A DNA stretch of 64,000 nt from Candidatus Saccharimonadota bacterium. Its GTDB lineage: Bacteria > Patescibacteriota > Saccharimonadia > Saccharimonadales > Saccharimonadaceae. The number at the start of each line of letters is the position of its first letter. The stretch's first letter is position 1. Shown here in pieces: positions 19,583 through 29,616 of the stretch. Under the pieces are notes generated by a model, which saw only the letters and a list, made by a program, of their open reading frames with translations, did no database searches and was not told where the DNA came from. The translations under genes and the position numbers were made by a program. Location: contig DAICXN010000003.1 in assembly GCA_027312165.1 (NCBI GenBank), positions 1,842-65,841 of the forward strand. Reading direction: 5' to 3'.

Positions 19583-19849
19583 TCACTCCAAAACCGAGTC
19601 GATTTCGGCCGTGCTTAGAAGCTCGTCGATGTTTATGTCAGCGACAAAATCCTCAGCTTCGCTCAGGTCGTCAGCCTCGCTCACCTCCGGAGCCTGCTGA
19701 TCGGCTGAACTTGTAGCCGGCTTAGGCTGATCGCTTTGTAGACCCTTATAGGCCTGCCAAGTAAGCAAACCAACGGCAATCAGACCGACAATCACGACGG
19801 CAACCTTTACAAAATACGAAACATTATAGCCTTTACGAGCCCTACTCAT
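19583..19849 (-). CDS. Small single-TM protein with acidic C-terminus
   Basis: TM VAVVIVGLIAVGLL; start overlaps the stop of the upstream gene. Confidence 0.75.
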   Translation of the reverse strand: MSRARKGYNVSYFVKVAVVIVGLIAVGLLTWQAYKGLQSDQPKPATSSADQQAPEVSEADDLSEAEDFVADINIDELLSTAEIDSVLE

Positions 19850-20465
19850 CACCGCCCTCCTCGACATTCTGGCCCTGTGCAGCCGCTGAGCGCATAGAAC
19901 TGATCAACTCAACCAGGGCCGCCCTATATTCAAACAGAGCCGAACGAGCATCCGCTACAGCCATACGGTATCCACTGAGTTGCTTGCCAACCCCAGGATT
20001 CTCACAGTCAAACACAAAAGCCTGAGAGTCAATTACGTCAATAGCAGCCTCTGAGTTGGTCTTAGCAGATTCAATATTCGCAATTAGCTCGCTATAATTA
20101 TCAGCAACAAACTGACCTGTATAATAAAAATCGGTCACCTTTTGATACACCTTGTCAATTGATGACTGAACGGATTTAGCACCCTGCGACAACCGTGGTA
20201 TGGCGTCAGCCACAACCTGCTCTCGACGCTGACAAACATCCTGCCTCACCTGCTCTCGCTTAGTCTCAACCTGTCGGAAAATTTCAGCCTTACGCTCTTC
20301 AGCCCTAGCACGAGACTCACTGGCCCTAATTTCATTTTGGCGGCGAATTTCTGAGACATCTGGGCGATTTTCGGGGCCGCGAGGAGGCTGAGCAAAAGCC
20401 ACAGCAGGCAGCATTAGAGCAGCCAGCAAAGTCATAAATAAAATTGTTTTTGATATTTTACGCAT
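19842..20465 (-). CDS. Secreted alpha-helical/coiled-coil protein
   Basis: Signal peptide ending AFA; charged helical body with two Cys. Confidence 0.8.
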   Translation of the reverse strand: MRKISKTILFMTLLAALMLPAVAFAQPPRGPENRPDVSEIRRQNEIRASESRARAEERKAEIFRQVETKREQVRQDVCQRREQVVADAIPRLSQGAKSVQSSIDKVYQKVTDFYYTGQFVADNYSELIANIESAKTNSEAAIDVIDSQAFVFDCENPGVGKQLSGYRMAVADARSALFEYRAALVELISSMRSAAAQGQNVEEGGDE

Positions 20466-20540
20466 AGCAATAAGCCTTTGTCTGGTTGATAATGTAAAAT
20501 AATATAACCTGAATTTATTCAAGTCAACTTTTCACCGTTG

Positions 20541-20626
20541 TGGTGCGCGGAGCGGGAATCGAACCCGCACGACTTTTGGTCAAGGGATTTTAAGTCCCTC
20601 GCGTCTACCTATTCCGCCACCCGCGC
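20541..20626 (-). tRNA. tRNA-Leu(TAA)
   Basis: Anticodon arm gggac-TTAAAAT-ccc, long variable arm, GGTTCGATTCC T-loop, encoded CCA. Confidence 0.95.
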
Positions 20627-20702
20627 ATAAGTTAATAATACAATATCTGGTGCAAAAGTAGTAGACAGAAAACAAAAAGACGCACTTACAGCGTCTTTAA
20701 AA

Positions 20703-20776
20703 TGGAGGCACGTACGGGAGTCGAACCCGTCTAAAAGGTTTTGCAGACCTCTGCGTAACCGCTCCGCCAACGCGCC
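20703..20776 (-). tRNA. tRNA-Cys(GCA)
   Basis: ggtCTGCAAAacc anticodon loop, T-loop GGTTCGACTCC, encoded CCA. Confidence 0.95.
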
Positions 20777-20786
20777 GTCTTATGAT

Positions 20787-20873
20787 TGGTGCGGCGAAGA
20801 GGACTTGAACCTCCACAGGATTGCTCCCACTACCACCTCAAGGTAGCGCGTCTACCAATTCCGCCACCGCCGC
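20787..20873 (-). tRNA. tRNA-Leu(GAG)
   Basis: ctacc-TTGAGGT-ggtag anticodon arm, long variable arm, encoded CCA. Confidence 0.95.
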
Positions 20874-21012
20874 ATAATTTGAATTTTAAAATGTGCTAAT
20901 TTAGTTTTTCGTCTTTTCCGGACTTATTTGACACAAGAAACTACATTCTGAACGCAGCTCAGATAGACTGTATCCGGCGCCCATGCTAGCTTCTGCGATT
21001 ATTATATGCGAG

Positions 21013-22809
21013 CTAAGGTGTTTTGTAAACGGAAGTTGTTTCGACTGACCAATATATGACGTTGATATAGCGACTTTCCAGAAAAACTAGATCAGTGTCT
21101 TTATTGAGGGCTTTAGCTGACCTCGAGGATATATAGTTAATCTTTGGCTGATAGAGACCCAGGGCTGGGACATCGGCTAGCCAACGCCTCGCAAAGGCCT
21201 TGTACCTATCATCCCTATACTGACTGTCAACTCGAGATCGTCCACCAGAGAGCGCGTCGTCCGCTATCGTATTGCTATAGTTTGAGAAGTTTAGCCCCTC
21301 AGGAGAAGCCTGCGATGAGTGCCAGTAAGCATAAACGTCAGGATCACCGCCGATGACAAGCTCGTATATCAGGACATCGTAGCTACGAGGCTGAAGAACC
21401 GTCTGAATGACGCTTTGTGAAGGGTCTAGGGGGTCAACTATCTGGACGTCGATTTTCGCATCAAGATTTTCTCGCCACGCCTCAGCGAGTACTTGGGTCA
21501 CCTGACTAAACTCAGCGCTCTTGAGAGCCACCATCTTAATTACCAGATCCTGGCCGTCCTTCTTTCGTACGCCATCAGCCTGCTTCCATCCGGCCTCGTC
21601 CAACAACGAACGAGCTCTCGCTACATCAAACTTCGGTCCATCGGGCAAACCTTCGGCGAGGTTAGACAGGATCGGACCATCGAGGCTCTCGCTGGGGCGA
21701 GAAAGTTGATTACGCAACTTTTCTCGATCTATGCTGATCGAAAGCGCCTCCCTGACTACCCGATCTTCCAGAACCTGGCTCCGGGTATTAAATAAAGCGT
21801 ATACCCCGTCATTTATAGAGTAGGATTCACTTTGGTAAATTCGTTTTGTAGCTTCCGGCAGAGATTCATAGTCCAACTCAGGAGTGGCGGTAATCTCATG
21901 TGTTCTTAGTGCCCTCTCAATGTCTTCGCGGCTCGGATAGGCGTAAATCTGAAAACGATCCAGCTTTGGTGTACCGTGAATGTATTTGGGGTTAGCCACC
22001 AAGTGAGCCACTCGCTTGCCTCCATCGGAAGTAATAGTCTGCACAAGCCTAAGGGCAAACGGACCGCTAGTGACCGGCGACTGACTAAAAGACTGGTCTC
22101 TAAGCTCGGAAGGCTTTATTCCTGCCAGAGAATGCTGAGGCAATATTGGAAAGGTTAAGGAGTGGACGAACGGAGCGTACGCGCCTGGCAAAGTAAAGAC
22201 GACAGTGTTTGCGTCCTTGGCTTCGACCTTGAACGCACCCCAGCCGGAGATCGGCGACCTTGTTTCGGGATTTTTTAGTAAATTAACCGTAAAGACCACG
22301 TCATTAGCCGTTAAAGGCGCACCGTCAGACCAAGTAGCACCCTTATGCATGGATACCGTATAGACCGTCTGATCCTCATTAACCTCAATTGATTTGGCGA
22401 GGTCGCCCTTTATGTTTCCGGTTTCATCGTACCTATACAGACTAGAGAATAGTAATTTAGCAACCGATTTTTCGGCGTTTGAGCGGGCTAGTATGGGATT
22501 TAGCGTTTCAAGCGGACCGAGAACACCCTCAGAATACGTTCCGCCGCTTGTCGGAATATCAACAGTGTAGGCTTGGCGAAAACTATACCACTGCACTGCG
22601 CTCACGCCAGCCAAAACAACAATTAGAGTAATCCAGCCAAAAACCGAGCGACGGATCGCCGAAAGCCTGTCAAGCCTCGAAGATACGAATTTTTTGGCAT
22701 GACGGATTGTCGTCTTTTCCATCTGACGGACGCTCTGACCCAAAGCTTTTTGGGTTCGACGCAAGCGGCGAAACTTTTGAGGACTGGGCTCGTCGTTGCC
22801 AGGCTTCAT
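21013..22809 (-). CDS. Family 5 (peptide) ABC substrate-binding protein with N-terminal TM anchor
   Basis: WSDGAPLTANDVVFT, PVTSGPF and AYWHSSQ...LNFSNYSN motifs. Confidence 0.9.
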   Translation of the reverse strand: MKPGNDEPSPQKFRRLRRTQKALGQSVRQMEKTTIRHAKKFVSSRLDRLSAIRRSVFGWITLIVVLAGVSAVQWYSFRQAYTVDIPTSGGTYSEGVLGPLETLNPILARSNAEKSVAKLLFSSLYRYDETGNIKGDLAKSIEVNEDQTVYTVSMHKGATWSDGAPLTANDVVFTVNLLKNPETRSPISGWGAFKVEAKDANTVVFTLPGAYAPFVHSLTFPILPQHSLAGIKPSELRDQSFSQSPVTSGPFALRLVQTITSDGGKRVAHLVANPKYIHGTPKLDRFQIYAYPSREDIERALRTHEITATPELDYESLPEATKRIYQSESYSINDGVYALFNTRSQVLEDRVVREALSISIDREKLRNQLSRPSESLDGPILSNLAEGLPDGPKFDVARARSLLDEAGWKQADGVRKKDGQDLVIKMVALKSAEFSQVTQVLAEAWRENLDAKIDVQIVDPLDPSQSVIQTVLQPRSYDVLIYELVIGGDPDVYAYWHSSQASPEGLNFSNYSNTIADDALSGGRSRVDSQYRDDRYKAFARRWLADVPALGLYQPKINYISSRSAKALNKDTDLVFLESRYINVIYWSVETTSVYKTP

Positions 22810-22814
22810 GATAA

Positions 22815-23051
22815 CTATCCTTGAATGCCAGGAAGTACCATCCCAGCTAGAATAGACAAGACAAATATAACGGCAAAAATGATAGTTACGTCAAACAAGT
22901 TCTTATCAAACCCACGCCTAGTGGTGAAAAGTTCTCCAGAGGCACCAAAACCAGCCCCAAGCGAGGCCCCTCTCTGCTGCAAAAGAATGGCGATAATCAT
23001 CAGTGCGGCTGATCCTATCACAATGTACGGCAAGATTGTATCGTATGACAT
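22815..23051 (-). CDS. secG: Preprotein translocase subunit SecG
   Basis: ILLQQRGASLGAGFG...TRRG with two TM helices. Confidence 0.93.
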   Translation of the reverse strand: MSYDTILPYIVIGSAALMIIAILLQQRGASLGAGFGASGELFTTRRGFDKNLFDVTIIFAVIFVLSILAGMVLPGIQG

Positions 23052-23063
23052 ATTATAAACTCC

Positions 23064-23462
23064 TTATGATTTGCGCTCTAGCCTACGTAATTCAAGTGCG
23101 CTGCTTACAATATAGTTTACCAGACCCAGGATGATTCCTGCAACAATCGAATTAGCAAACGACATAGTCAACCCCGGAGTCAGTTGCAATGATATATAAA
23201 CCATTAGACCATTGACGATAAGCGTAAATAGCCCAAGGGTCAATAGGATGGCCGGCAAGGACAAGATGATTACAATCGGCTTTAGAACCGTGTTAACCAG
23301 CGAAAATATCAACCCGGCGAGCAAGAAAACCGAGACACTAGCCCCCTGCTCCGCACTACCGTACCCCGAACCGAGTAAACGCACCGCAACCCAGATACCT
23401 AACGAGTTCAGCGACCATCTGACTAAAAATACAGCTAATTGGTTTCGTATTCGCATAACCAT
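23064..23462 (-). CDS. 4-TM holin-like membrane protein (YvlD/DUF360-type)
   Basis: LVNTVLKP...LSLP...LTLGLFTLIVNG motif. Confidence 0.88.
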   Translation of the reverse strand: MVMRIRNQLAVFLVRWSLNSLGIWVAVRLLGSGYGSAEQGASVSVFLLAGLIFSLVNTVLKPIVIILSLPAILLTLGLFTLIVNGLMVYISLQLTPGLTMSFANSIVAGIILGLVNYIVSSALELRRLERKS

Positions 23463-23465
23463 TAA

Positions 23466-25028
23466 CTATTGTAACATTTCATCAGCAGGACGACTAAGGT
23501 GCTGCTTAATCAGCGCAGCCCGAGACCGACCGACAACCTTGGCGATATCTTGCTCGCTAGCCTTCTCTATAGCACGCACACTACCAAATGACTTAATGAG
23601 GGATGCCCTGGTTTTAGAGCCAATACCTGGTATCTCCTCGAGGATATTCTTTGTTTGATTTTTTCGTCGCAATACCTCGTGATAGCTAACAGCAAAGCGG
23701 TGCGATTCATCCCGGATACGCTGAAAAAGCCGAGTCACATCATCGAATACTCCAACGCCGCCCACCCCTCGCAAATTACTTGCATGGGAGCTCGACTTTA
23801 CCTTGCCGACATGAAGATTTATCACCCAATACTCACCTTCGTCCACCACAGAAGTGTTCTGGTAGTCCTCCGAAGTCAAACCATCAAGGTTAACCTGGGA
23901 GTTGTTTTTATCGATAATAATTTCTTCGTTTCGCTTGGCGATAGAAATTATCGGCACACGAATATTCTGCTTTTTTATCGCTTCTATAGCCGACTTTAGC
24001 TGCGACTTGCCGCCGTCTATCACCACCAGGTTCGGCATTCCCCACGATTTAATATTCCTCTCGCTAAACCGCCTGGAAATAATCTCATACATATTTGCTA
24101 CGTCGTCATTTTGCTGTTTTGATAATTTAAATTTCCGGTATTCAGCTCGTGCAGATACGCCATTTAGAAATACCACCATACTTGCGACGACACTAGTGCC
24201 TGAGATGTGTGAGATGTCAAAGCCTTCAATTCTCACCGGTTCTCTATCTAAGCCAAAGATATTTGCCAAATCCCTCAGCGCTTGATCCTTAGATATATCC
24301 ATAAACTCCTGCTCGCCAAACATCACCCGTCTTTTTAGCTCATTCATTGACTGCAATTTATTGCGTAGAGCTGCCGCCTCCTCAAACCTCTGATCTTTTG
24401 CAGCCTGCCTCATCTCTCTTTCAATATCTTTCATTAAAGCTGCACGATTACCTTTAACGTATTGAAGCAACCTCCTTAGGCTTGATTTGTAAGCATCAAT
24501 GCCATCAGATAACCTCGGGCTTAATCCGAGATCTTCGTTGAGAGTTGATTGGCCAGGTCTTCGAGGAGTCGTCAAATAAGGAAAAATACGTCGCAAATAT
24601 CTAAGCGCTCTTTTCAACGCAAAAGTGTTATAGAAAGGCCCAATATACTCCGCACCATCATCCAGTGGATTTCTGGTCAAAGTAACGGTTGGCCAGTCAC
24701 TCTTGATGTCAATTCTCACAAAGCTTTGCGACTTATCATCGCGAAGCAAGATGTTGTATCGCGGCATGTATCGCTTGACCATCTCGCTCTCAAGAAACAA
24801 CGCATCAACTTCAGACTCCGTCTCAATCCAGTCAACATCTGCTATCTCATTAACTAGCGCCAATGTCTTGTTATCCATACTGCGAGAGGATTGAAAATAT
24901 TGACGGACACGATTTCTAAGCACAGCCGCCTTACCAACATATATGATTTCGCCTTTCGCCGACTTATGAAAATAGACTCCAGGAGAGACTGGTAGAGTGT
25001 TGAGCTTGGCTTTTAATTGATCGTTCAC
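23466..25028 (-). CDS. uvrC: Excinuclease ABC subunit C
   Basis: GIY-YIG (PGVY, IIYVGKA), UVR domain, RIEGFDISH, IDGG, RIRDESHRFA and HhH. Confidence 0.97.
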   Translation of the reverse strand: MNDQLKAKLNTLPVSPGVYFHKSAKGEIIYVGKAAVLRNRVRQYFQSSRSMDNKTLALVNEIADVDWIETESEVDALFLESEMVKRYMPRYNILLRDDKSQSFVRIDIKSDWPTVTLTRNPLDDGAEYIGPFYNTFALKRALRYLRRIFPYLTTPRRPGQSTLNEDLGLSPRLSDGIDAYKSSLRRLLQYVKGNRAALMKDIEREMRQAAKDQRFEEAAALRNKLQSMNELKRRVMFGEQEFMDISKDQALRDLANIFGLDREPVRIEGFDISHISGTSVVASMVVFLNGVSARAEYRKFKLSKQQNDDVANMYEIISRRFSERNIKSWGMPNLVVIDGGKSQLKSAIEAIKKQNIRVPIISIAKRNEEIIIDKNNSQVNLDGLTSEDYQNTSVVDEGEYWVINLHVGKVKSSSHASNLRGVGGVGVFDDVTRLFQRIRDESHRFAVSYHEVLRRKNQTKNILEEIPGIGSKTRASLIKSFGSVRAIEKASEQDIAKVVGRSRAALIKQHLSRPADEMLQ

Positions 25029-25080
25029 TCTGTTATTATACTATGGAACAAGTTACGGTTAGACCTAAGGAAAAATAAAC

Positions 25081-25746
25081 ATGCTACCAATCTGGTTTCT
25101 CTACATTGCTGCTGGCATTCGCATTGCTGGTGGTTTGGCGTACTTAAAGGCTACGATAAGCGGAAAAGCCAAGCCAAACCCAGTAAGCTGGCTACTGTGG
25201 GGCGCCATGCCAATAACAGCATTTTTTGTCGGACTGTCAGCCGGAGTCGGCATTGAGGCAATAGTCACCCTGGCACTCGGAGTTAGTCCGATTCTAGTGT
25301 TTGCCGCTGTGATGATAAAAAATCCTCGATCACTGCGGCTTCAAGGCCTAAACCTTGTTTGCGTCGTAATCGCGCTAATCGGCATAGTCTTTTGGCTAAC
25401 TACGAAAACGCCAGAGATGGCTCTTGCCTGCTTGTTGCTAGCCGATCTTGCAAGCGCATTGCCAACGGTGAGGAAATCCGTCAAAAACCCTGAGTCAGAG
25501 TTCGCGCCAACCTACCTAATATCAGCTATCGGTATGACTATTGCTCTAATGACCATGACCGACCTAAGCTTCATGGCAGTGGCTTACCCAACCTATACGC
25601 TAGTTATAAACTTGCTTATGTTCAGCTTAATTTCCCAAGGAAAGCTCAAAGCGACTACCAGCCGCCGCCGCCACCGCCACCACCGCCACCGCCAGAAAAG
25701 CCGCCACCGCTTGATCCGCTCGAGTAAGAATAAGTCGCGCCGCTAG
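25081..25746 (+). CDS. Hypothetical multi-pass membrane protein (two PQ-loop-like repeats, tentative)
   Basis: About 7 TM helices; KPNPVSW and PTVRKSVKNPESE loops; 3' end overlaps the convergent gene by 92 bp. Confidence 0.75.
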   Translation: MLPIWFLYIAAGIRIAGGLAYLKATISGKAKPNPVSWLLWGAMPITAFFVGLSAGVGIEAIVTLALGVSPILVFAAVMIKNPRSLRLQGLNLVCVVIALIGIVFWLTTKTPEMALACLLLADLASALPTVRKSVKNPESEFAPTYLISAIGMTIALMTMTDLSFMAVAYPTYTLVINLLMFSLISQGKLKATTSRRRHRHHRHRQKSRHRLIRSSKNKSRR

Positions 25747-27409
25747 TTGCGATTGAGGTGGACAGCTGGCTCATGGCAGCGCCAAATGTCGCCGCATTAA
25801 ATGCACCCGAATTACCAACATACCAGCTTGGCTGGACACCAGACGCATCGTAATATTTTCCCAGCTGCTCGTTCCACTGCTTTTCATAGCCGAATAAAAC
25901 TGCGTAAGGTAGAAGCCTCTCATAGACCTTAATCAGCTGCTTCGTATCATCACTCGATACTCCCACTTTTTCGGCGCCACCTGGACTCTGAAGCATCACA
26001 AGCCGCTCCTTTTCAGCCACCGATATATAGCTCTTTAGGCCTTTAAGGTAACGACTAAGAGCCAACCCCTCGTCACTTAGGCGCCAAAAAATAGCAGAAA
26101 GTATAAACGACCCAATCCCGACAGCGAGTATTGGCAGGCTGAGCAGTGCAACTCCAAGCCCCAAAGCGACCCAGCCAACACGCCTAAACCATTGTGAATC
26201 TATATCGGATCTCGACTCCAGGCCATACTTATTGCGCATTAGCTGTCTAGCTTTACCGTTGTTATCTAAAATTCGTAGGTGCAACCCTGTATCCTTCTGC
26301 AGCTCCTTTGTATCAATCTTTGTCCCAACAGCACTGCTTTGAAATAAATCACTGACAACTTCCTTCTCCTCAGGACGAAGATCGTCAATAGATTTTACTA
26401 TCTCAAGCTCATAAACTGCGGCCGAGAAAGTTTTTGCAGGCGATTTTTCGTAAATCTTGATGTAGCGCCTAACAGCCAGATCTAAGAGCTGAGCGGTCAA
26501 CGCCGAGCTAGGCAGTGGGATAAGCAAAGAGGAGATCGAGACGCTTGCACCACTTGGCGGCAAGTACTCTGGAATCACCGTACCAACCTCAGAACTTCGT
26601 CTCGAGCGCCTAACAAAACGAGTAATTAGAGCTACGAAAAATCCAAGCCCGACAACACCGGTGGCCAACTGAATACCTACCCACAGATTTATGATTTTAT
26701 CAAGTAGCGACTGCTCGTACGGCGAGAAGGTCCCTGACTGAAAGCCGATAGCTAATGTAATATTTTCGCCGATGGCGAGGTTACTAGCATGAGCTCTCAA
26801 AACTCCATCATCAAACCTAGCCTGGCTGCACTGATCTTCCGATCCTTGTCGCCCCTGATAGCAAGCCCATTCCCCAGTTAACTGAGGGATGATTGACCCA
26901 TCAACTGTAGCGGTAACCTTTAAGTTTTGGATTGGTACATTCCACGCCGTACCATTAGTATCCCAATAAAATTCGTCTTTAGCCGCATCCTCGAAATAAG
27001 CAGTGACGTCCTGCTGCGTATAATTAATGACGTAGGTCTGCTGACCACGCACATATTTATCTTCGTCGCCTATGCGCACCACCGCATACTCTCCAGAGTT
27101 GTAGGTGGTGTAATTGTGCGGTTGGCCATCCGAATCCAACACAGAATCAACCCGCAGACCAACCGGATGACCGTCATACTCCCTTGGGATATAACGCTCA
27201 ATTCCCCGATTTTGGTCACGGTCCGGAAAAACAGCCGTGATAACTTCTTGAGTTGCCAAACTAGAGCGGCTGGTTGACTGGTTGCGCGAAAGCTTCATGT
27301 CTATCTCATAATCAGAAATGTAGAAATCATTAACGTCAGCAGACGCCGCAGAAGATAAACCGAGCGTCAAAAGGCTCAGTATTAAAAGAGCGACAGCTAG
27401 ACGCCTCAC
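25655..27409 (-). CDS. DUF2207 family membrane protein
   Basis: GIERYIP, EFYWD, YERLLPYAVLFG and a Gly-rich tail ending GGGW; GTG start overlaps the trhO stop. Confidence 0.9.
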   Translation of the reverse strand: MRRLAVALLILSLLTLGLSSAASADVNDFYISDYEIDMKLSRNQSTSRSSLATQEVITAVFPDRDQNRGIERYIPREYDGHPVGLRVDSVLDSDGQPHNYTTYNSGEYAVVRIGDEDKYVRGQQTYVINYTQQDVTAYFEDAAKDEFYWDTNGTAWNVPIQNLKVTATVDGSIIPQLTGEWACYQGRQGSEDQCSQARFDDGVLRAHASNLAIGENITLAIGFQSGTFSPYEQSLLDKIINLWVGIQLATGVVGLGFFVALITRFVRRSRRSSEVGTVIPEYLPPSGASVSISSLLIPLPSSALTAQLLDLAVRRYIKIYEKSPAKTFSAAVYELEIVKSIDDLRPEEKEVVSDLFQSSAVGTKIDTKELQKDTGLHLRILDNNGKARQLMRNKYGLESRSDIDSQWFRRVGWVALGLGVALLSLPILAVGIGSFILSAIFWRLSDEGLALSRYLKGLKSYISVAEKERLVMLQSPGGAEKVGVSSDDTKQLIKVYERLLPYAVLFGYEKQWNEQLGKYYDASGVQPSWYVGNSGAFNAATFGAAMSQLSTSIATSGATYSYSSGSSGGGFSGGGGGGGGGGGW

Positions 27410-28320
27410 GACGTTACTTCTACCACCGAGGTTGGGGCTAGATCGCGACACTCAGCCGTGTGAAATAGCAGACGAGGATCACTCTTGCATGATTCGCATA
27501 TTAGAACCAGCTGATTGCACTGAGGGTTGATACAGTTTTCAAAGTTGCTAGTTTTGCCCTGGCAGTGAGTGCACTCACCAATAGTTTTTGCTTTATCTGA
27601 GAAATTGATTGTCATCCGATTATCGAATACGCGTAGCGCCCCCTCCCATAGACCGTCGTCACCAAACGCTTCGCCATACTTCACAATACCGCCATCTATC
27701 TGGTATACATCCTTGAAGCCGCGCTTCTTCATCATTGCCGATATAACTTCGCAGCGCACTCCACCAGTGCAGTAAGTTATAACCTTCTTGTCTTTGATCG
27801 AGTCATATTTGCTACTCTCTAATTCGTCTATAAAGTCTCGACTGGTGTTAGTATTTGGAACAATAGCCCCCTTAAACTTACCGATTTTTGCCTCGTGAGC
27901 ATTTCTTCCGTCAAAAAATACCACCTCTTCACCATATTTTTCGACCATTTCATTAACCTCTTGAGGTTTTAAGTGCTTGCCTCCGCCGATGACACCGTCT
28001 TTATCCACACTGAATTCATCATCGGAGTTTTTAAACCCAACCAATTCGCGTCGACTCTTGACACTCATCCGCGGGAAATCCTCGCGACTGCCGTCAGACC
28101 ACTTAAAAACAATGTCTTTAAAGCCAGAGTACTGTTTAGTCTGCTTGATGTAGGATTTGAGGTCGTCCATTTCGCCACCAACCGTACCATTTATTCCGTG
28201 ACGACTGATCAAAATTCGGCCTCGCAGATCTAGACCATCACATAAAGTCTTTTGCCAAAGCTTTACAGACTCCGGATCGCTAACTGGAGTAAATTTATAG
28301 TAGAGCAAAATTTTCTGCAT
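27406..28320 (-). CDS. trhO: tRNA uridine(34) hydroxylase, rhodanese-domain protein
   Basis: ILLYYKF, GINGT, YCTGGVRCE and WEGALRVFDNR motifs. Confidence 0.9.
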   Translation of the reverse strand: MQKILLYYKFTPVSDPESVKLWQKTLCDGLDLRGRILISRHGINGTVGGEMDDLKSYIKQTKQYSGFKDIVFKWSDGSREDFPRMSVKSRRELVGFKNSDDEFSVDKDGVIGGGKHLKPQEVNEMVEKYGEEVVFFDGRNAHEAKIGKFKGAIVPNTNTSRDFIDELESSKYDSIKDKKVITYCTGGVRCEVISAMMKKRGFKDVYQIDGGIVKYGEAFGDDGLWEGALRVFDNRMTINFSDKAKTIGECTHCQGKTSNFENCINPQCNQLVLICESCKSDPRLLFHTAECRDLAPTSVVEVTS

Positions 28321-28381
28321 AACAGAGGCAATTATACTGCAGACTTAGCCTGCCGTCAAAACCAACCAGAGAATAAAGGAG

Positions 28382-28621
28382 TTACCGGTTAGACCCAAAA
28401 CGATCGCTAAAGATTTTTACTATAAACTGATCAAGGTCCCGCTCTTCGACTAACGCACGATCAGTATAGCGTATTTCAGCGACTCTGCTTGCCTCGATTT
28501 GCCTCGGCCCACGCCTAATTAGCCTGCTCGACGAAAGTTCAACATCATCAAAGTCATTTTCATTATTTCGGAACCAAATAGCGCTCTCAGTAATAGCGCC
28601 AAGCTCACCATAACCTCTCAT
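28382..28621 (-). CDS. Small hypothetical protein
   Basis: SD AAAGGAG and promoter TTGACA-17-TATATT upstream. Confidence 0.6.
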   Translation of the reverse strand: MRGYGELGAITESAIWFRNNENDFDDVELSSSRLIRRGPRQIEASRVAEIRYTDRALVEERDLDQFIVKIFSDRFGSNR

Positions 28622-28696
28622 TATAAATTCTCCTTTGAAAGCAATATATTCCTCTCTCTAGGAGATGTCAATACACCACCGACCCTCGAAAAAACA

Positions 28697-28724
28697 AATG
28701 CGGCCCGACTTAGCGGGCCGCATT
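28697..28724 (-). terminator. Intrinsic terminator after rplY
   Basis: aatgcggcccg actt agcgggccgcatt hairpin with a T-rich run downstream on the minus strand. Confidence 0.7.
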
Positions 28725-28745
28725 CTCGATTAGCCTGATATTCAG

Positions 28746-29516
28746 CTACTTGCCAGCGTCAACATTTGACTGCTTCGGCTCATCCTGAGCCTTACCGCCA
28801 GGTCGGGTCTCCTCATCTTGCACACCCTCTTGCGGAGTATCGGATCCTTTATCTGACTCAACCTCAGAAGCATCCTCTGCGTCACCCGCAGCCGCCTCAT
28901 TAGCGGCCTCTAGCGCTGCTGGCTCGTAGACGTTAGCGATTACTAAGTCCATAATTGTCTGCTGCTCTTCGTCCTCGTTATCCTCACGGCCATCGTCATT
29001 GTCGACAATCTCGACACCCTCTGGCACCTGGATATCGCCAACAGTTAGACGGTCTCCTTCATTTTTAAGGTCAACAACAGAAATCTCAAGAGCTTCTGGC
29101 AAGTCCATGGGCAGTGCCTTAACCTCTAACTTTTCTAGCGACTGAAGAACTATCAGACCTGCCTTTTCGGCCTCGCTCTCACCTTCACCAGTCAAGCGAA
29201 TTGGCACTTCGGCCACAACAGGCTCATTCGCCTTAACGGCGTGGAAGGCGATGTGGCGAATCTCATGCCTAACCGGATCCATGTCGACATCTTTGATCAT
29301 GGCAATGCGCTTCTTGGCGCCTGTTAAGTGGACAGGGGTGTGCTTGCCCGCTGCCTTAACAACTTTTGCAGCCTCTCGTGACTCAACCTGAACTGACTGA
29401 GCCTCTACCTGAGCACCATAGACCACAGCCGGGATAATCCCCTCGCGCCTTAGACTAGAAACCTTTTTGCCGTGCACGTCGCGCGGCTGAATATTTAGTG
29501 TGATTTTATCTCCCAT
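28746..29516 (-). CDS. rplY: 50S ribosomal protein L25/Ctc
   Basis: LRREGIIPAVVYG, IRHIAF and an acidic tail; SD AAGGAG. Confidence 0.95.
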   Translation of the reverse strand: MGDKITLNIQPRDVHGKKVSSLRREGIIPAVVYGAQVEAQSVQVESREAAKVVKAAGKHTPVHLTGAKKRIAMIKDVDMDPVRHEIRHIAFHAVKANEPVVAEVPIRLTGEGESEAEKAGLIVLQSLEKLEVKALPMDLPEALEISVVDLKNEGDRLTVGDIQVPEGVEIVDNDDGREDNEDEEQQTIMDLVIANVYEPAALEAANEAAAGDAEDASEVESDKGSDTPQEGVQDEETRPGGKAQDEPKQSNVDAGK

Positions 29517-29616
29517 ACTTCTCCTTTCGGGTACCTGTTCGGAGGTAAAATTTTGTATTGCATATCTATTATAGCAAATTGAACCCGCAGTAGCTAATCG
29601 TGGTACAATACAGTAG

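Noticed and set aside
20541-20873. tRNA-anchored genomic island
   Set aside because: No integrase and no duplicated tRNA 3' end seen in the window.
25655-25746. His/Arg-rich tail (RRRHRHHRHR) as a metal-binding motif
   Set aside because: It is the antisense reading of the poly-Gly tail of the convergent DUF2207 gene.
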